NCBI GenBank assembly: GCA_963825135.1
Contig: CAWGRW010000009.1
Coordinates: 128,001-192,000, forward strand
Direction: 5' to 3'
DNA: 64,000 bases
Source of the DNA: an uncultured bacterium
GTDB taxonomy: Bacteria > Desulfobacterota_D > UBA1144 > Nemesobacterales > UBA2774
Shown: positions 40,839 through 50,261 of the stretch, piece after piece
Layout of the letters: every line of letters begins with the position of its first letter
How positions within the stretch are numbered: the first letter of the stretch is position 1
Notes under the pieces: generated by a model
Told to the model about the DNA's origin: nothing
The model's database searches: none
The model's input: only the letters and a program-made list of their open reading frames with translations
Program-made: the position numbers and the translations under genes

Positions 40839-42197
40839 TCATACGCCGTACTGCTTGCGCTTCCGCCATAGAGTCGCCTGGTCGATTCCGAGAATTTCAG
40901 AAGCCTCCTGCAGTGTCTTCGTACCGGCGATGACGCGCCTTATATGGTTTTCCTCAATCACGCTTAACGGCAGGAGGTCTCCGAGTCCGGGCGCGGTCTC
41001 GCGCGGAGAGATGGAAGCCGGCAGATGCGCCATGCTTACCATATCGCCCTGGCAGATTATAGCGGCCCGCTCGATTACGTTCCGGAGCTCTCTGATGTTG
41101 CCAGGCCAGGAATAATTCCTGAGGGCCTGCATCGCCTCCGGAGTAAACCCCATCAGGAGCTTGTGGTTCTGCGCGCCGAAAAAAGAAAGCATGCCCAACG
41201 CAAGCTTCTCCACGTCGTCGGGACGCTCTGATAGCCGGGGCAGGGTGATTTCTATAACGTTCAGCCTGTAGTAGAGGTCTTCCCGGAACCTTCCCTCTCT
41301 CACCGCTTCTTCCAGGTCGGTATTCGTCGCGGATATTATCCGCACGTCGGCTTTTCTCGTCTTCTGGTCGCCGACGCTCTCGTATTCCCTGTCGTTCAGA
41401 AAACGGAGCAGCTTCGGCTGGAGGTTTAGGGGCAGGTCCCCTATCTCGTCCAGAAACAGAGTACCCCCTTCACACGCAGCTATCCTTCCGGGGTTATAGG
41501 ATACGGCCCCCGTGAACGCCCCTCTCGCATGTCCGAAGAGCTCGCTTTCGAGGAGCTCGGGGCCGAGCATAGGACATGAAATTACGCCGAACGGCTTGTC
41601 CGCCCTCTTGCTCCAGCCGTGAATGGCTCGCGCAAGGACGGTTTTTCCCGTCCCGCTCGGTCCTTTAATCATTACGGCTGCTTCGCTCGGCGCGGCCATG
41701 CGGGCGAGCTCAAGCGCGCGCTGCATACCGGGATGTCCGGACTCGAAAGAGATACCGGGGCTGAGCTTATTGATATCCTCCTCGAGCGCTTTTATCCGCC
41801 GCTCCATGCTCCTCACTGAAGCCGTGCGTTCGGTCACAATATCGACCTGCTCCGGGGTAAACGGTTTGGGTATGTAATCGGCGGCCCCTCTCTTCATCGC
41901 CTCCACCGCGGTCTCTATAGATGCGTAAGCCGTAACAACCACAATTTTGATCCAGGGGCATGCCGCAAGGAGCACGGGGATGAGGTCGAGGCCGTCCTCC
42001 GTTCCGAGCCTGAGATCGACGAACGCGAGGTCGAACACGCGCCTGCCGGCCTCGGATACTGCGTCCCCGGCGTTGCTGACGGCCGTGACCGTATGGCCCC
42101 GCGATTCGAGACACACTGTGAGTGTCTTTCTTATATTCGCCTCGTCGTCAACGACAAGAACGTTAAGCCGAGGCGCTCCGCCTCTGTCTTCCTTCAT
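40839..42197 (-). CDS. sigma54-dependent response regulator (NtrC family)
   Basis: Receiver VLVVDDE, GPSGTGKT, ESELFGH..GAFTGA, WPGNIREL, Fis HTH; start at MKEDRGG. Confidence 0.94.
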   Translation of the reverse strand: MKEDRGGAPRLNVLVVDDEANIRKTLTVCLESRGHTVTAVSNAGDAVSEAGRRVFDLAFVDLRLGTEDGLDLIPVLLAACPWIKIVVVTAYASIETAVEAMKRGAADYIPKPFTPEQVDIVTERTASVRSMERRIKALEEDINKLSPGISFESGHPGMQRALELARMAAPSEAAVMIKGPSGTGKTVLARAIHGWSKRADKPFGVISCPMLGPELLESELFGHARGAFTGAVSYNPGRIAACEGGTLFLDEIGDLPLNLQPKLLRFLNDREYESVGDQKTRKADVRIISATNTDLEEAVREGRFREDLYYRLNVIEITLPRLSERPDDVEKLALGMLSFFGAQNHKLLMGFTPEAMQALRNYSWPGNIRELRNVIERAAIICQGDMVSMAHLPASISPRETAPGLGDLLPLSVIEENHIRRVIAGTKTLQEASEILGIDQATLWRKRKQYGV

Positions 42198-42292
42198 AGT
42201 ATCTCCCGCCACCGAAAATAATATACTGTCCCCCGTGCGGAAGGGAACCCCTCCGCAGCCGATCCCCCCCCGGGGCCCGGTCTCGTTTACAT

Positions 42293-42406
42293 TTGCAATC
42301 CGCAACGGCTCTTCGGCGCATGTATTGTAATTTACAAGACCGCGCGAATCTAATTATCCGACATGCTTATATTATATATTGAAGCATATCAGGCACGCCC
42401 CTTGCA
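42293..42406 (+). promoter_or_regulatory. Paired enhancer sites plus sigma54 promoter for the hemerythrin-domain gene
   Basis: TTGCAATCCGCAA at 42293-42305, TTGTAATTTACAA at 42325-42337, AGGCACGCCCCTTGCA at 42391-42406. Confidence 0.7.
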
Positions 42407-42435
42407 ACTAAATATGACATACAAAGGAGGTCGTC

Positions 42436-43173
42436 ATGAGTCTTAGAGATATGAAGAGAGATAACCCCGGCGATCGCCGCCGGTTTTTACAAATTCTCAC
42501 ATCCGGAGCTGCTGTCATAGCCGCGTGCGGACTGCCCGACAAAACGGCTGAGGCGATAGTCCCCGCGACGGAGCCGGATAGTCAGAGGTTATTCATTTCC
42601 CCGGGCGAAGTCCTCATGCGCGAGCATGGCGTGCTCGAGCGAGTGCTTCTGATTTACGGAGAGTACATCCGGAGGCTCGACGCCGGCGCGGACCTGCCCC
42701 GCGGAGCGCTGACCGACGCGGCTACTATAATCAGGTCATTCATCGAGGACCATCACGAGAGGCTCGAGGAAGATTTCCTCTTCCCCAGGTTCCGTAAAGC
42801 CGATAAGCTGGTGGAGCTGGTCGACGTGCTCAGCGATCAGCACAAGGCGGGGCGCAGGCTGACCGACGCCACATTACTGCTTGCTCAGGCCGGGCGCCTT
42901 AATGACGCGCAGGACAGGCAAAAGCTGGCCGAAACGCTGGGCCTGTTCATCAGCATGCACGGCCCTCACCAGGCGCGCGAGGACACGGTCCTCTACCCGG
43001 CTTTTCGGACAATCGTATCACCCGATGAATACGACGCCCTCGGAGAGGATTTCGAGAGAAGGGAGCAAGAGCTATTAGGCGAAGGCGGTTTCGAGGTAAT
43101 GGTCGACCGCGTGGCCGCAATCGAGAAGACTCTCGGAATCTACAGCCTTTCTCAATTCACTCCGCATACTTGA
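42436..43173 (+). CDS. Hemerythrin/HHE-domain protein with a Tat-like leader
   Basis: DRRRFL leader; LMREHG, HHERLEEDFLFP, QH, H.AREDTVLYPAF. Confidence 0.8.
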   Translation: MSLRDMKRDNPGDRRRFLQILTSGAAVIAACGLPDKTAEAIVPATEPDSQRLFISPGEVLMREHGVLERVLLIYGEYIRRLDAGADLPRGALTDAATIIRSFIEDHHERLEEDFLFPRFRKADKLVELVDVLSDQHKAGRRLTDATLLLAQAGRLNDAQDRQKLAETLGLFISMHGPHQAREDTVLYPAFRTIVSPDEYDALGEDFERREQELLGEGGFEVMVDRVAAIEKTLGIYSLSQFTPHT

Positions 43174-43278
43174 TGACGCAGGGCAGCGTATCGGGAATTA
43201 TTCGGGGCGAGTTATAGGCCGCTCGTGTTTACGGACGACTTTTCATGCAGTGACATAAACTGTCCGGGCGGCTTGCGC

Positions 43279-44218
43279 CTATCCCTTCCCCTCCGCCTCG
43301 AGCTTCTCGGCGAGCTTTATCTCCCTCCACGAGAGGAAGAGGAATATCGCGAGCAGTATTATCGTGTTCAGAGGCACGAGCCAGAAGGGGAACTCCTCGC
43401 CGAAGCTCTCCAAAATCATGATAGTGCCCAGCATGCCTATCGAATACATCGCCCCGTTCTTTAGGTACGCGTACCTCGATATCCAGTTTATGCCGCGCAC
43501 AGTCACTTCCCTCACGACGAACGCGCCTATGCCGTTTCCGATCAGGATCAGGGGCACGGACATGGTGAACGCGAACGCTCCTATGACGCCGTCTATCGAG
43601 AAAGAGGCGTCGAGCACTTCCAGATACAGTATCTTGCTCCACGCGCTCATCGCGGGGTTGAGCAGATCCTTTTCCTTCTCCTCGGCGTTCTTCTTGAACC
43701 CGTCCGTGATGAAAAACGCCGTAGTCCCTATAGACGCGGCGAACGCCAAAGAACGGGTCGAACCTGAGCGATATATACACTATGACCGTGAAGAATACGG
43801 AAGTGATGGCGTAGAACCAGACCGAGTGCCTGTGAATAAAGTACTCGACGAGGAATGTGTACTTCTTCTCCTCGAGAAAGAGCCACGAGAGAAACACTAA
43901 AAAGAGATACATCCCGCCGCCCAGGAGCAGATATGCCTTCGAGTGATGAAAGGAGCTCTCGATCTCCTTGCTGTTCCCGGAAAAAACGAGAGTGAACATG
44001 TCGGTGAACGAAAGGCCCGGGTTCGCTATCCATATGATGAGAAACGGCAGGATTCCCCTGAGCACGAAGACCGCGATCAGCATCCCCCAGAGGAGAAAGA
44101 ACTTCCTGAAACGCTCGGGCAGCGTGCTCAGCACGTGCGCGTTCACGACGGCGTTGTCTATGCTCGATATTATCTCGAACAGGCTTAGCCCGATTATGAC
44201 TACTATTATTTCAAACAT
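43279..44218 (-). CDS. DUF475 (TerC-like) membrane protein, +1 frameshift at about 43750
   Basis: EIISSIDNAVVNA at the N-terminus; LYLEVLDASFSIDGVIGAFA and YLKNGAMYSIG in the other frame; extra T in ttcTttggcg. Confidence 0.8.
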
Positions 44219-44385
44219 AGCTTGAGGAGTTCAATATATTCTTCACAATACTGCTTTAATTTCAAGGGAAACTTAAGGCTTGTAAGTATATAGGCTTATT
44301 AACCGGAGGTATATATTAACAAATCCTGAGGGGATGACAACAGAAGAAGCGAATTAAAACCCGAACCGGCGTGCCTATCCAAAAA

Positions 44386-45027
44386 TCAAAAAACGCCCGA
44401 CTCCGATATTGTGATTTGCTCAATATCTTTACTCCAATCGGGATTACCACTACTTTGTTTTTCATCCAATGGCAAACTGTATTGTATTCCGGCTTTTCTC
44501 TTCGCTATAAATTCCGGCAACTTATGCAAGTAAATGCTGTATTTACCTGTATCGTAATGAAAGTGATATAAAGAATCTATCTGCTCGAATGTCATCTCAG
44601 AAAGACTTTGACCATTTATCTTTACGTCTAGGGTCTTCTCAAATTCAATCCTCTTATTTTCCTCGCTTCCCGGATACCTGTTGTAAACTATTTTCTTTAG
44701 CGGAACAATTATTGAATCTACTAGGATTTCATTTCGCGAAGATTTCCCCACCTCACCTTCATCGCACGAAAAATTCGTCACGGCTATGCCATAGTCTGAC
44801 CAGCCAAAATACAAACCTTTTCCGCACGGACATTCATATGAAAAGTCGATATTAGGCTCACCAAGTGCATCTATCCATAGCCCCAGTGGAGTACTTATTT
44901 TAAGATTTCTGTTACCTAGAGCTTCCCCAACCGCTTTTTCGATAGGATCAACGCGCTGCCGCTCCACCATTCCTATAGCAAATAAAGTCAATACAATTAA
45001 TAAAACTACCGCGAAACCTATCTTCAT
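44386..45027 (-). CDS. AT-rich membrane-anchored hypothetical protein, candidate Rhs immunity
   Basis: Directly downstream of the Rhs tip, same strand, N-terminal TM, low GC. Confidence 0.55.
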   Translation of the reverse strand: MKIGFAVVLLIVLTLFAIGMVERQRVDPIEKAVGEALGNRNLKISTPLGLWIDALGEPNIDFSYECPCGKGLYFGWSDYGIAVTNFSCDEGEVGKSSRNEILVDSIIVPLKKIVYNRYPGSEENKRIEFEKTLDVKINGQSLSEMTFEQIDSLYHFHYDTGKYSIYLHKLPEFIAKRKAGIQYSLPLDEKQSSGNPDWSKDIEQITISESGVF

Positions 45028-45071
45028 TATTCCGACTCTAGAATCGCGATCTCACAAAGTACTGATTAAAA

Positions 45072-45593
45072 TCATTGTAAATTGTATCTCTCACAAGTCT
45101 TTTCACAACACTCTCCTTTATTCGTTCTTCCTTGTCTATTAGCCTGATCATCCGAACCCAACGAATCACAACTATCTTTATTATAATGGCAATCAAAATC
45201 TTCTTTGAAATCACTAACGCCAGCCGCCGCACCCATACCAAGGCTGCCGCAGCGTTTTACAGATTTACAGTTTGCCATGCAATGATACCATTTGTCTGTA
45301 TTTTGAACATTTCCAGTAACCAGTTTAAAAAACTCAAATGCGAAAATGGGCAACACACAATGCAACGCGTCTCTTTCCGGGCTTGGTTCCAGTTGTAATC
45401 CGAAAGGGTCGGTAAAATTAATGGGATTATTTTTTACATAAGCATAAAGATTCAAATCTCCGCCATCAAACCCGATCGGGTCCTCACTCAAAAACCTCCC
45501 AATCGTCGGGTCGTAATACCTCGCCCGGTAATAATACAGCCCGCTCTCCGCATCATACTCCCGCCCGGTGTAGGTGAATGGATTATTGGCCAC
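45072..45593 (-). CDS. Orphan Rhs core fragment plus C-terminal tip domain
   Basis: YTGREYDAESGLYYYRARYYDP..GRFLSEDP and NNP...DPFGL cleavage motif. Confidence 0.9.
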   Translation of the reverse strand: MANNPFTYTGREYDAESGLYYYRARYYDPTIGRFLSEDPIGFDGGDLNLYAYVKNNPINFTDPFGLQLEPSPERDALHCVLPIFAFEFFKLVTGNVQNTDKWYHCMANCKSVKRCGSLGMGAAAGVSDFKEDFDCHYNKDSCDSLGSDDQANRQGRTNKGECCEKTCERYNLQ

Positions 45594-45600
45594 CCATCCC

Positions 45601-46653
45601 CTACGGCTGGATCGCGACCTTTATAACGCCGTCGCCCTGGGACGAGAAGAGCTTGTACGCCTCCTCTATATCGTCGAGCGAGAACCTGTGCGTGATGAGC
45701 TGGCGTAGGTTAACGCGCTCGTTCTTGACGAGGTCCATGAGCCGCCTCATCCTCTCCTTGCCGCCCGGGCAGAGTGTGGACACGATGTTCTTGTCCGCGA
45801 TACCGAACCCGAACGCCTGATTCGGGACGCCGATATTCGGCATGTCCGCCGGGTAAACACCGAGGCTAGATATGGTCCCGCCTACGCGAGTGGCCTTGAC
45901 GCAGTTCTCGAGAGTCGCCTGGGTGCCGAGCGCCTCAATCGCGACGTCCACCCCCCTCCCCTTCGTCATGTCGAGTATCTCTTTCACCGGGTCTTTTTTC
46001 TTGAAGTCGATTACGACGTCGGCCCCCATTTTCTTAGCCATTTTCATACGCGAAGGGATGGTATCGACGCCAATGATCAAGGAGGCCCCCTTCAGCTTCG
46101 CGCCCGCCGTCGCGCCCAGGCCTATAGGACCCTGCCCGAATATAGCGACCATGTCCCCCACCTGAATGTCGGCGCTCTCGGCCCCCGAGAGGCCGGTCGA
46201 GAATATATCCGTCGTCAGGAGCACGTCCTCGTCCGAAAGCTCCTCCGGTATCCTCGCGAGGTTGGCCATCGCGCTCGGAACCTTCACGTAATCCGCCTGG
46301 CAGCCGTCTATGGTGTTCCCCATTTTCCAGCCGCCCAGGAACCCGCCGCACTGCGCCCAGTTCGCGGAGAGGCAGTATTCGCACATCCCGCACGGGGTTA
46401 TAGCGTTTATAGCGACCCTCTCGCCGAGCTTGTAGTCCGTCACCCCGTCCCCGAGCTCGTGAATAACGCCCACGGGCTCGTGCCCTATGGTCTGCCCGAC
46501 CCTGACGGGGTACTCGCCCCTCATGATATGCACGTCGGTCCCGCATATCGTCGTAAGCGTTACCCTTACCACCGCCTCGCCCGGCCCCGCCTTGGGTACG
46601 GCCTTTTCCTCGAGACCTACTTTGTTTACGTCCTTAAATACGTTCGCTCTCAT
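45601..46653 (-). CDS. Zn-dependent alcohol dehydrogenase (MDR family)
   Basis: ICGTDVH, GHEPVG, CxxCxxC, GQGPIG. Confidence 0.92.
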   Translation of the reverse strand: MRANVFKDVNKVGLEEKAVPKAGPGEAVVRVTLTTICGTDVHIMRGEYPVRVGQTIGHEPVGVIHELGDGVTDYKLGERVAINAITPCGMCEYCLSANWAQCGGFLGGWKMGNTIDGCQADYVKVPSAMANLARIPEELSDEDVLLTTDIFSTGLSGAESADIQVGDMVAIFGQGPIGLGATAGAKLKGASLIIGVDTIPSRMKMAKKMGADVVIDFKKKDPVKEILDMTKGRGVDVAIEALGTQATLENCVKATRVGGTISSLGVYPADMPNIGVPNQAFGFGIADKNIVSTLCPGGKERMRRLMDLVKNERVNLRQLITHRFSLDDIEEAYKLFSSQGDGVIKVAIQP

Positions 46654-46950
46654 AATCTTAGCCTCCTGCTTCTGTATTTAATATTATAGCGGGCAAGTCC
46701 CGTGCCATCGCGAGAGATGCCCCTTTCCACTCTATATATATTAGATACTTTTTATTAAGGATGTGTGAAATACTTCCGGGCCCTGTCCGATAACATTACA
46801 ATATGCACGAAAGGACAGAGCGGGGATGGAGAACCGGAGCGCGGCCCAAAGCCGTATGTGCAAGCATGCTTCGTGAAAACTTCTATAAGAAAATCTGCTG
46901 ATGAGGATGAAAAATGATTACAGCCGAAAAAAGTCTGCTATACTATAAGT

Positions 46951-47060
46951 GAAATAGTCGAGTTTGGGTCCGGGGGGGGAGTTATTCTCCATACCTCTAT
47001 CATCAAATCCTCCTTTAACGAGACATCAGGATTCTGGATTTGTCCCCCCGGGCTCTTTAA
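46951..47060 (+). ncRNA. Candidate structured small RNA
   Basis: Extended -10 TGCTATACT upstream; 12-bp closing stem 46966-46977/47044-47055; inner stem CAAATCC/GGATTTG; strand uncertain. Confidence 0.35.
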
Positions 47061-47238
47061 GTCCCCATTATACACTAGTCCTGATTAAAATATCAAGGAA
47101 ACCGATCCCGGAGCGGGTTCGGAATTCTCACTGCGGAAAGTGACCGGAGAGGGATCCCCTCCGGCGGTAGCGGTATTGTATCCCGGGGCCCGAGCCGCAT
47201 ACGGCGGTATTTCAGGGCCCGCAATCAGGCGCTCGCGC

Positions 47239-50115
47239 TCAGCCCTGCGTCGCCCCGCTATCGGGCTTTACGATTATGAGCGTGTACTTGTTAAGGTCGA
47301 TGTATTTCCTGGCCGCGTTCTGCACGTCCTCTTTCGTCACCGCGTAAATCTCTTCGGGATACCTCTTGTACTCGTCCCAGCCTATCCCGTAGAGCTCGTC
47401 GAACGTTATCTTCGCCGCCTGTGAGGAGTTCTGCTGGAGACCTATCTCGAAGCTCCCGACCAGGTAATTCTGGGCGCGCTTTATCTCGTCTTCGGTCACG
47501 CCGTCTTTCAGCACGAGCTCGAGCTGCTCCTTGATCGCGTCCACGGCCTCTTTCTCCTTCTGCGGAGCGGTGCCTATGTACACGCCGAAGTAACCGGGCT
47601 CGAGCCCCGGCGTATAGAACGATGTCACCGTGTAGGCGAGACTCTTCTTGTCCCTGAGCTCTATGAAGAGCCTCCCGCCCTGCCCCGAGAGGATCGTGTT
47701 CAGCACCTCGAACGCGTACTCGTCCTCCGAGTTTAACGGAGGGGCGAGGAAACCCATGATTATATGCGTCTGGGCCTTGTCGGGCTTGGTCTCAGTCTTC
47801 TCGGTTACGGCCGCGGGCGGCGTTACCGCCTTTACGGCGGGCAGCGGAGAGCCGCCCTTCTTCATGCTTCCGAATTTTTCCTTAATCGCATTCAGGGCCT
47901 CTTTTTCGTCCACGTCGCCCACAATGGTGATGACCATGTTCTCGGGCCTGACGTATTTCCCGTAGAAAGCCCTCAGGTCCGTGCCGTCAAACGCGGTCAC
48001 GGTTTCGACCGTGCCGAGCGGGTTATATTTGTAAGGGTGCTCGGCGTAGAGCGTGGCCAGGAACAGGTTGACGGTGGTCTTCAGGAGGTTGTCGCCTTCC
48101 CTGTTTATATCGGACAGTATCTCGCGCCTCGCGCGCTCTATCTCCTGCGAATCGAACGACGGGTGGAGTATCACGTCCGCGAAGATGTCGATAGCCTCGC
48201 CGAAATTCTGGCTTAGCGCCTCGACCGTGACGCCGAAGCTGTTCCTGCCCGAGAACCCCTGAACCTCCCCGGCTATGGATTCGATCTCCTCGGCTATCTG
48301 CGCCGCGCTCCTCGTCTCCGTGCCCCTGGTGAGCATGCGCGAGACGAAATCGGACATCCCCTGCGTCTTGTCGTCCTCGTATCTCACCCCGCCGAGAAAA
48401 GCCGCCCTCGCCGAGAATAGCGGTATGCCCTTGTTCACCTTGATCAGCACGTTGATGCCGTTATCGAGGACGAATTTCTTCACCTCGCCCGACGACGTCT
48501 TCTCGGGCTCGGTGCCCGGCTGATTGCCGGTCCCGCCGCCGGGTTTCACGCCGTCAGAGGGTGCGATTATCTCCTCCGTGAGCTCTTCGCCGGTAACCGC
48601 GGCGCCCGAGCCGTTGCCCTTATTCCGGGCCCAGTCCCTGGCCGCCTCATCGGACGCCTCCTTCGCGATTTCCCTGACCTCCTTCTCCGTCAGCGTGATC
48701 TGCCCCGACGGGAGCAGGAATCCGGCGGTGAGGTTATCCACCGTGAGGTACTTGTTAGCCGCCCGCATTATGTCCTCGGGCGTAACGGCGCTCACCTTCG
48801 CGAGGTACTCGTCCTCGTACCTGAAATCGCCCGTCTCTATCTCGTAGAAGCCCAGTTTCTGCGCCTGCCCCTGCATCGTTTCCTTCGTGTATATCGCGTC
48901 GCTCTCTATGTTGAGCTTCACCTTCGAGAGCTCGACGTCGCCGACGGGCTCGTATTTGAGCCTCATCACTTCTTTCATTATTTCCTTGAGCGCTTCCTTC
49001 GATTCAGACGGGCTGAGACTGCCGCCTACCGCCAGGAGGCCCTCCCTCATCGGTGTGTAGGCGTAGGCGTACACGTTGCTCGTGAGCCCCTTATCCTCTT
49101 TTATGTTCCTGTAGAGCCTCGAGCTCTCCCCTCCGCCCAGCACGTTCGAAAGCACGTCCATTACCGGGGTGTCCTGACCCCTGGCGTTGGGAATATGAAA
49201 CGCGAGCGAGAAATACCCTTCCTGAAGCGGCTTGTCGATGACGAACGCCTTCATGCCCTTCTGCTCGGGCTCGGCCGGGATATTGCACGCCGGGAGGTCC
49301 CTCTTGTGGAGCTTGCCGAAGGTATCTTCTATTTTGGGCTCTATCTTCGCCGTATCGAAATCCCCTACGACGACGAGCGTCATGTTGTTAGCCGCGTACC
49401 ATTTATGATAAAAATCCGTGACCCTCTTTCTGTCAAAGGCCTTTACCCCCGCTTCGGTCCCGATTATGGGCCTCCCGTACGGGTGCTGCGTAAAGGCAGT
49501 CGAGAAGAGCTTCTCGCTCAGGTTCCTGCCCGGGTTGTCCTCCCCCCGCCTTATCTCCTCGACCACGACCTCGAGCTCCTTCTTGAGCTCTTCGGGGTCG
49601 AAGGTGGAGTTCTCCATGGTATCCGACAGCACGTCGAGGGCCGTATCCATGAACCTGCTCGCTATTACTACGTAGTAGACCGTTTCGTCGTATGATGTAA
49701 ACGCGTTGATGTCCCCGCCGCTCCCCTCTATCACCCTGGCTATCTCCCCGACAGCCCTCTTCTCGGTACCCTTGAACACCATGTGCTCGTGTACGTGGGC
49801 GAGCCCGTATTCCCCTTCCTGCTCGCACGCGCTCCCGGTCTTGACCCAGACGTTCACGGCGACTACCGGGGCCGAATGGTTCTCTTCGAGAATAATGGTC
49901 ATGCCGTTATCGAGCTCGTATCGCGTTATGCCGTTCAAAGTCTCTTTATGCTTCAGCCCTTCATTGTCCATCTTGTTCTCCTCTCTGTGGCAAGAAACTA
50001 CCATAACACCCAGAATGACGGCAAGGAATACGGATATGACCGAAAACCGCGCTCGTCTTCCCTCAAACCTGTAAATTCCTCTAAATCCAAGTCTCTTTTT
50101 AAACCCTGATGTCAT
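47239..50115 (-). CDS. M16 family zinc peptidase (two-module, PqqL-like)
   Basis: LAHVHEHM (HxxEH), INAFTS.D.T.Y, SRL motif; second half lacks the metal motif. Confidence 0.92.
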   Translation of the reverse strand: MTSGFKKRLGFRGIYRFEGRRARFSVISVFLAVILGVMVVSCHREENKMDNEGLKHKETLNGITRYELDNGMTIILEENHSAPVVAVNVWVKTGSACEQEGEYGLAHVHEHMVFKGTEKRAVGEIARVIEGSGGDINAFTSYDETVYYVVIASRFMDTALDVLSDTMENSTFDPEELKKELEVVVEEIRRGEDNPGRNLSEKLFSTAFTQHPYGRPIIGTEAGVKAFDRKRVTDFYHKWYAANNMTLVVVGDFDTAKIEPKIEDTFGKLHKRDLPACNIPAEPEQKGMKAFVIDKPLQEGYFSLAFHIPNARGQDTPVMDVLSNVLGGGESSRLYRNIKEDKGLTSNVYAYAYTPMREGLLAVGGSLSPSESKEALKEIMKEVMRLKYEPVGDVELSKVKLNIESDAIYTKETMQGQAQKLGFYEIETGDFRYEDEYLAKVSAVTPEDIMRAANKYLTVDNLTAGFLLPSGQITLTEKEVREIAKEASDEAARDWARNKGNGSGAAVTGEELTEEIIAPSDGVKPGGGTGNQPGTEPEKTSSGEVKKFVLDNGINVLIKVNKGIPLFSARAAFLGGVRYEDDKTQGMSDFVSRMLTRGTETRSAAQIAEEIESIAGEVQGFSGRNSFGVTVEALSQNFGEAIDIFADVILHPSFDSQEIERARREILSDINREGDNLLKTTVNLFLATLYAEHPYKYNPLGTVETVTAFDGTDLRAFYGKYVRPENMVITIVGDVDEKEALNAIKEKFGSMKKGGSPLPAVKAVTPPAAVTEKTETKPDKAQTHIIMGFLAPPLNSEDEYAFEVLNTILSGQGGRLFIELRDKKSLAYTVTSFYTPGLEPGYFGVYIGTAPQKEKEAVDAIKEQLELVLKDGVTEDEIKRAQNYLVGSFEIGLQQNSSQAAKITFDELYGIGWDEYKRYPEEIYAVTKEDVQNAARKYIDLNKYTLIIVKPDSGATQG

Positions 50116-50261
50116 TGGCGACCCCGCTCTGCGTTTGTATTTGGATGCCGGAATATGGGATTTTGTAACCGTAATAAGATAACGGGTATTGTGCCCCTAT
50201 CAAGGACGGAAAACACTCGAAATATGTTATGTCGTGTGATTACAGGTGGTTACGTCTTTTA

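Noticed and set aside
46803..46900. Short ORF in the ADH-M16 intergenic gap
   Set aside because: About 30 codons, no clear RBS or recognisable motif.
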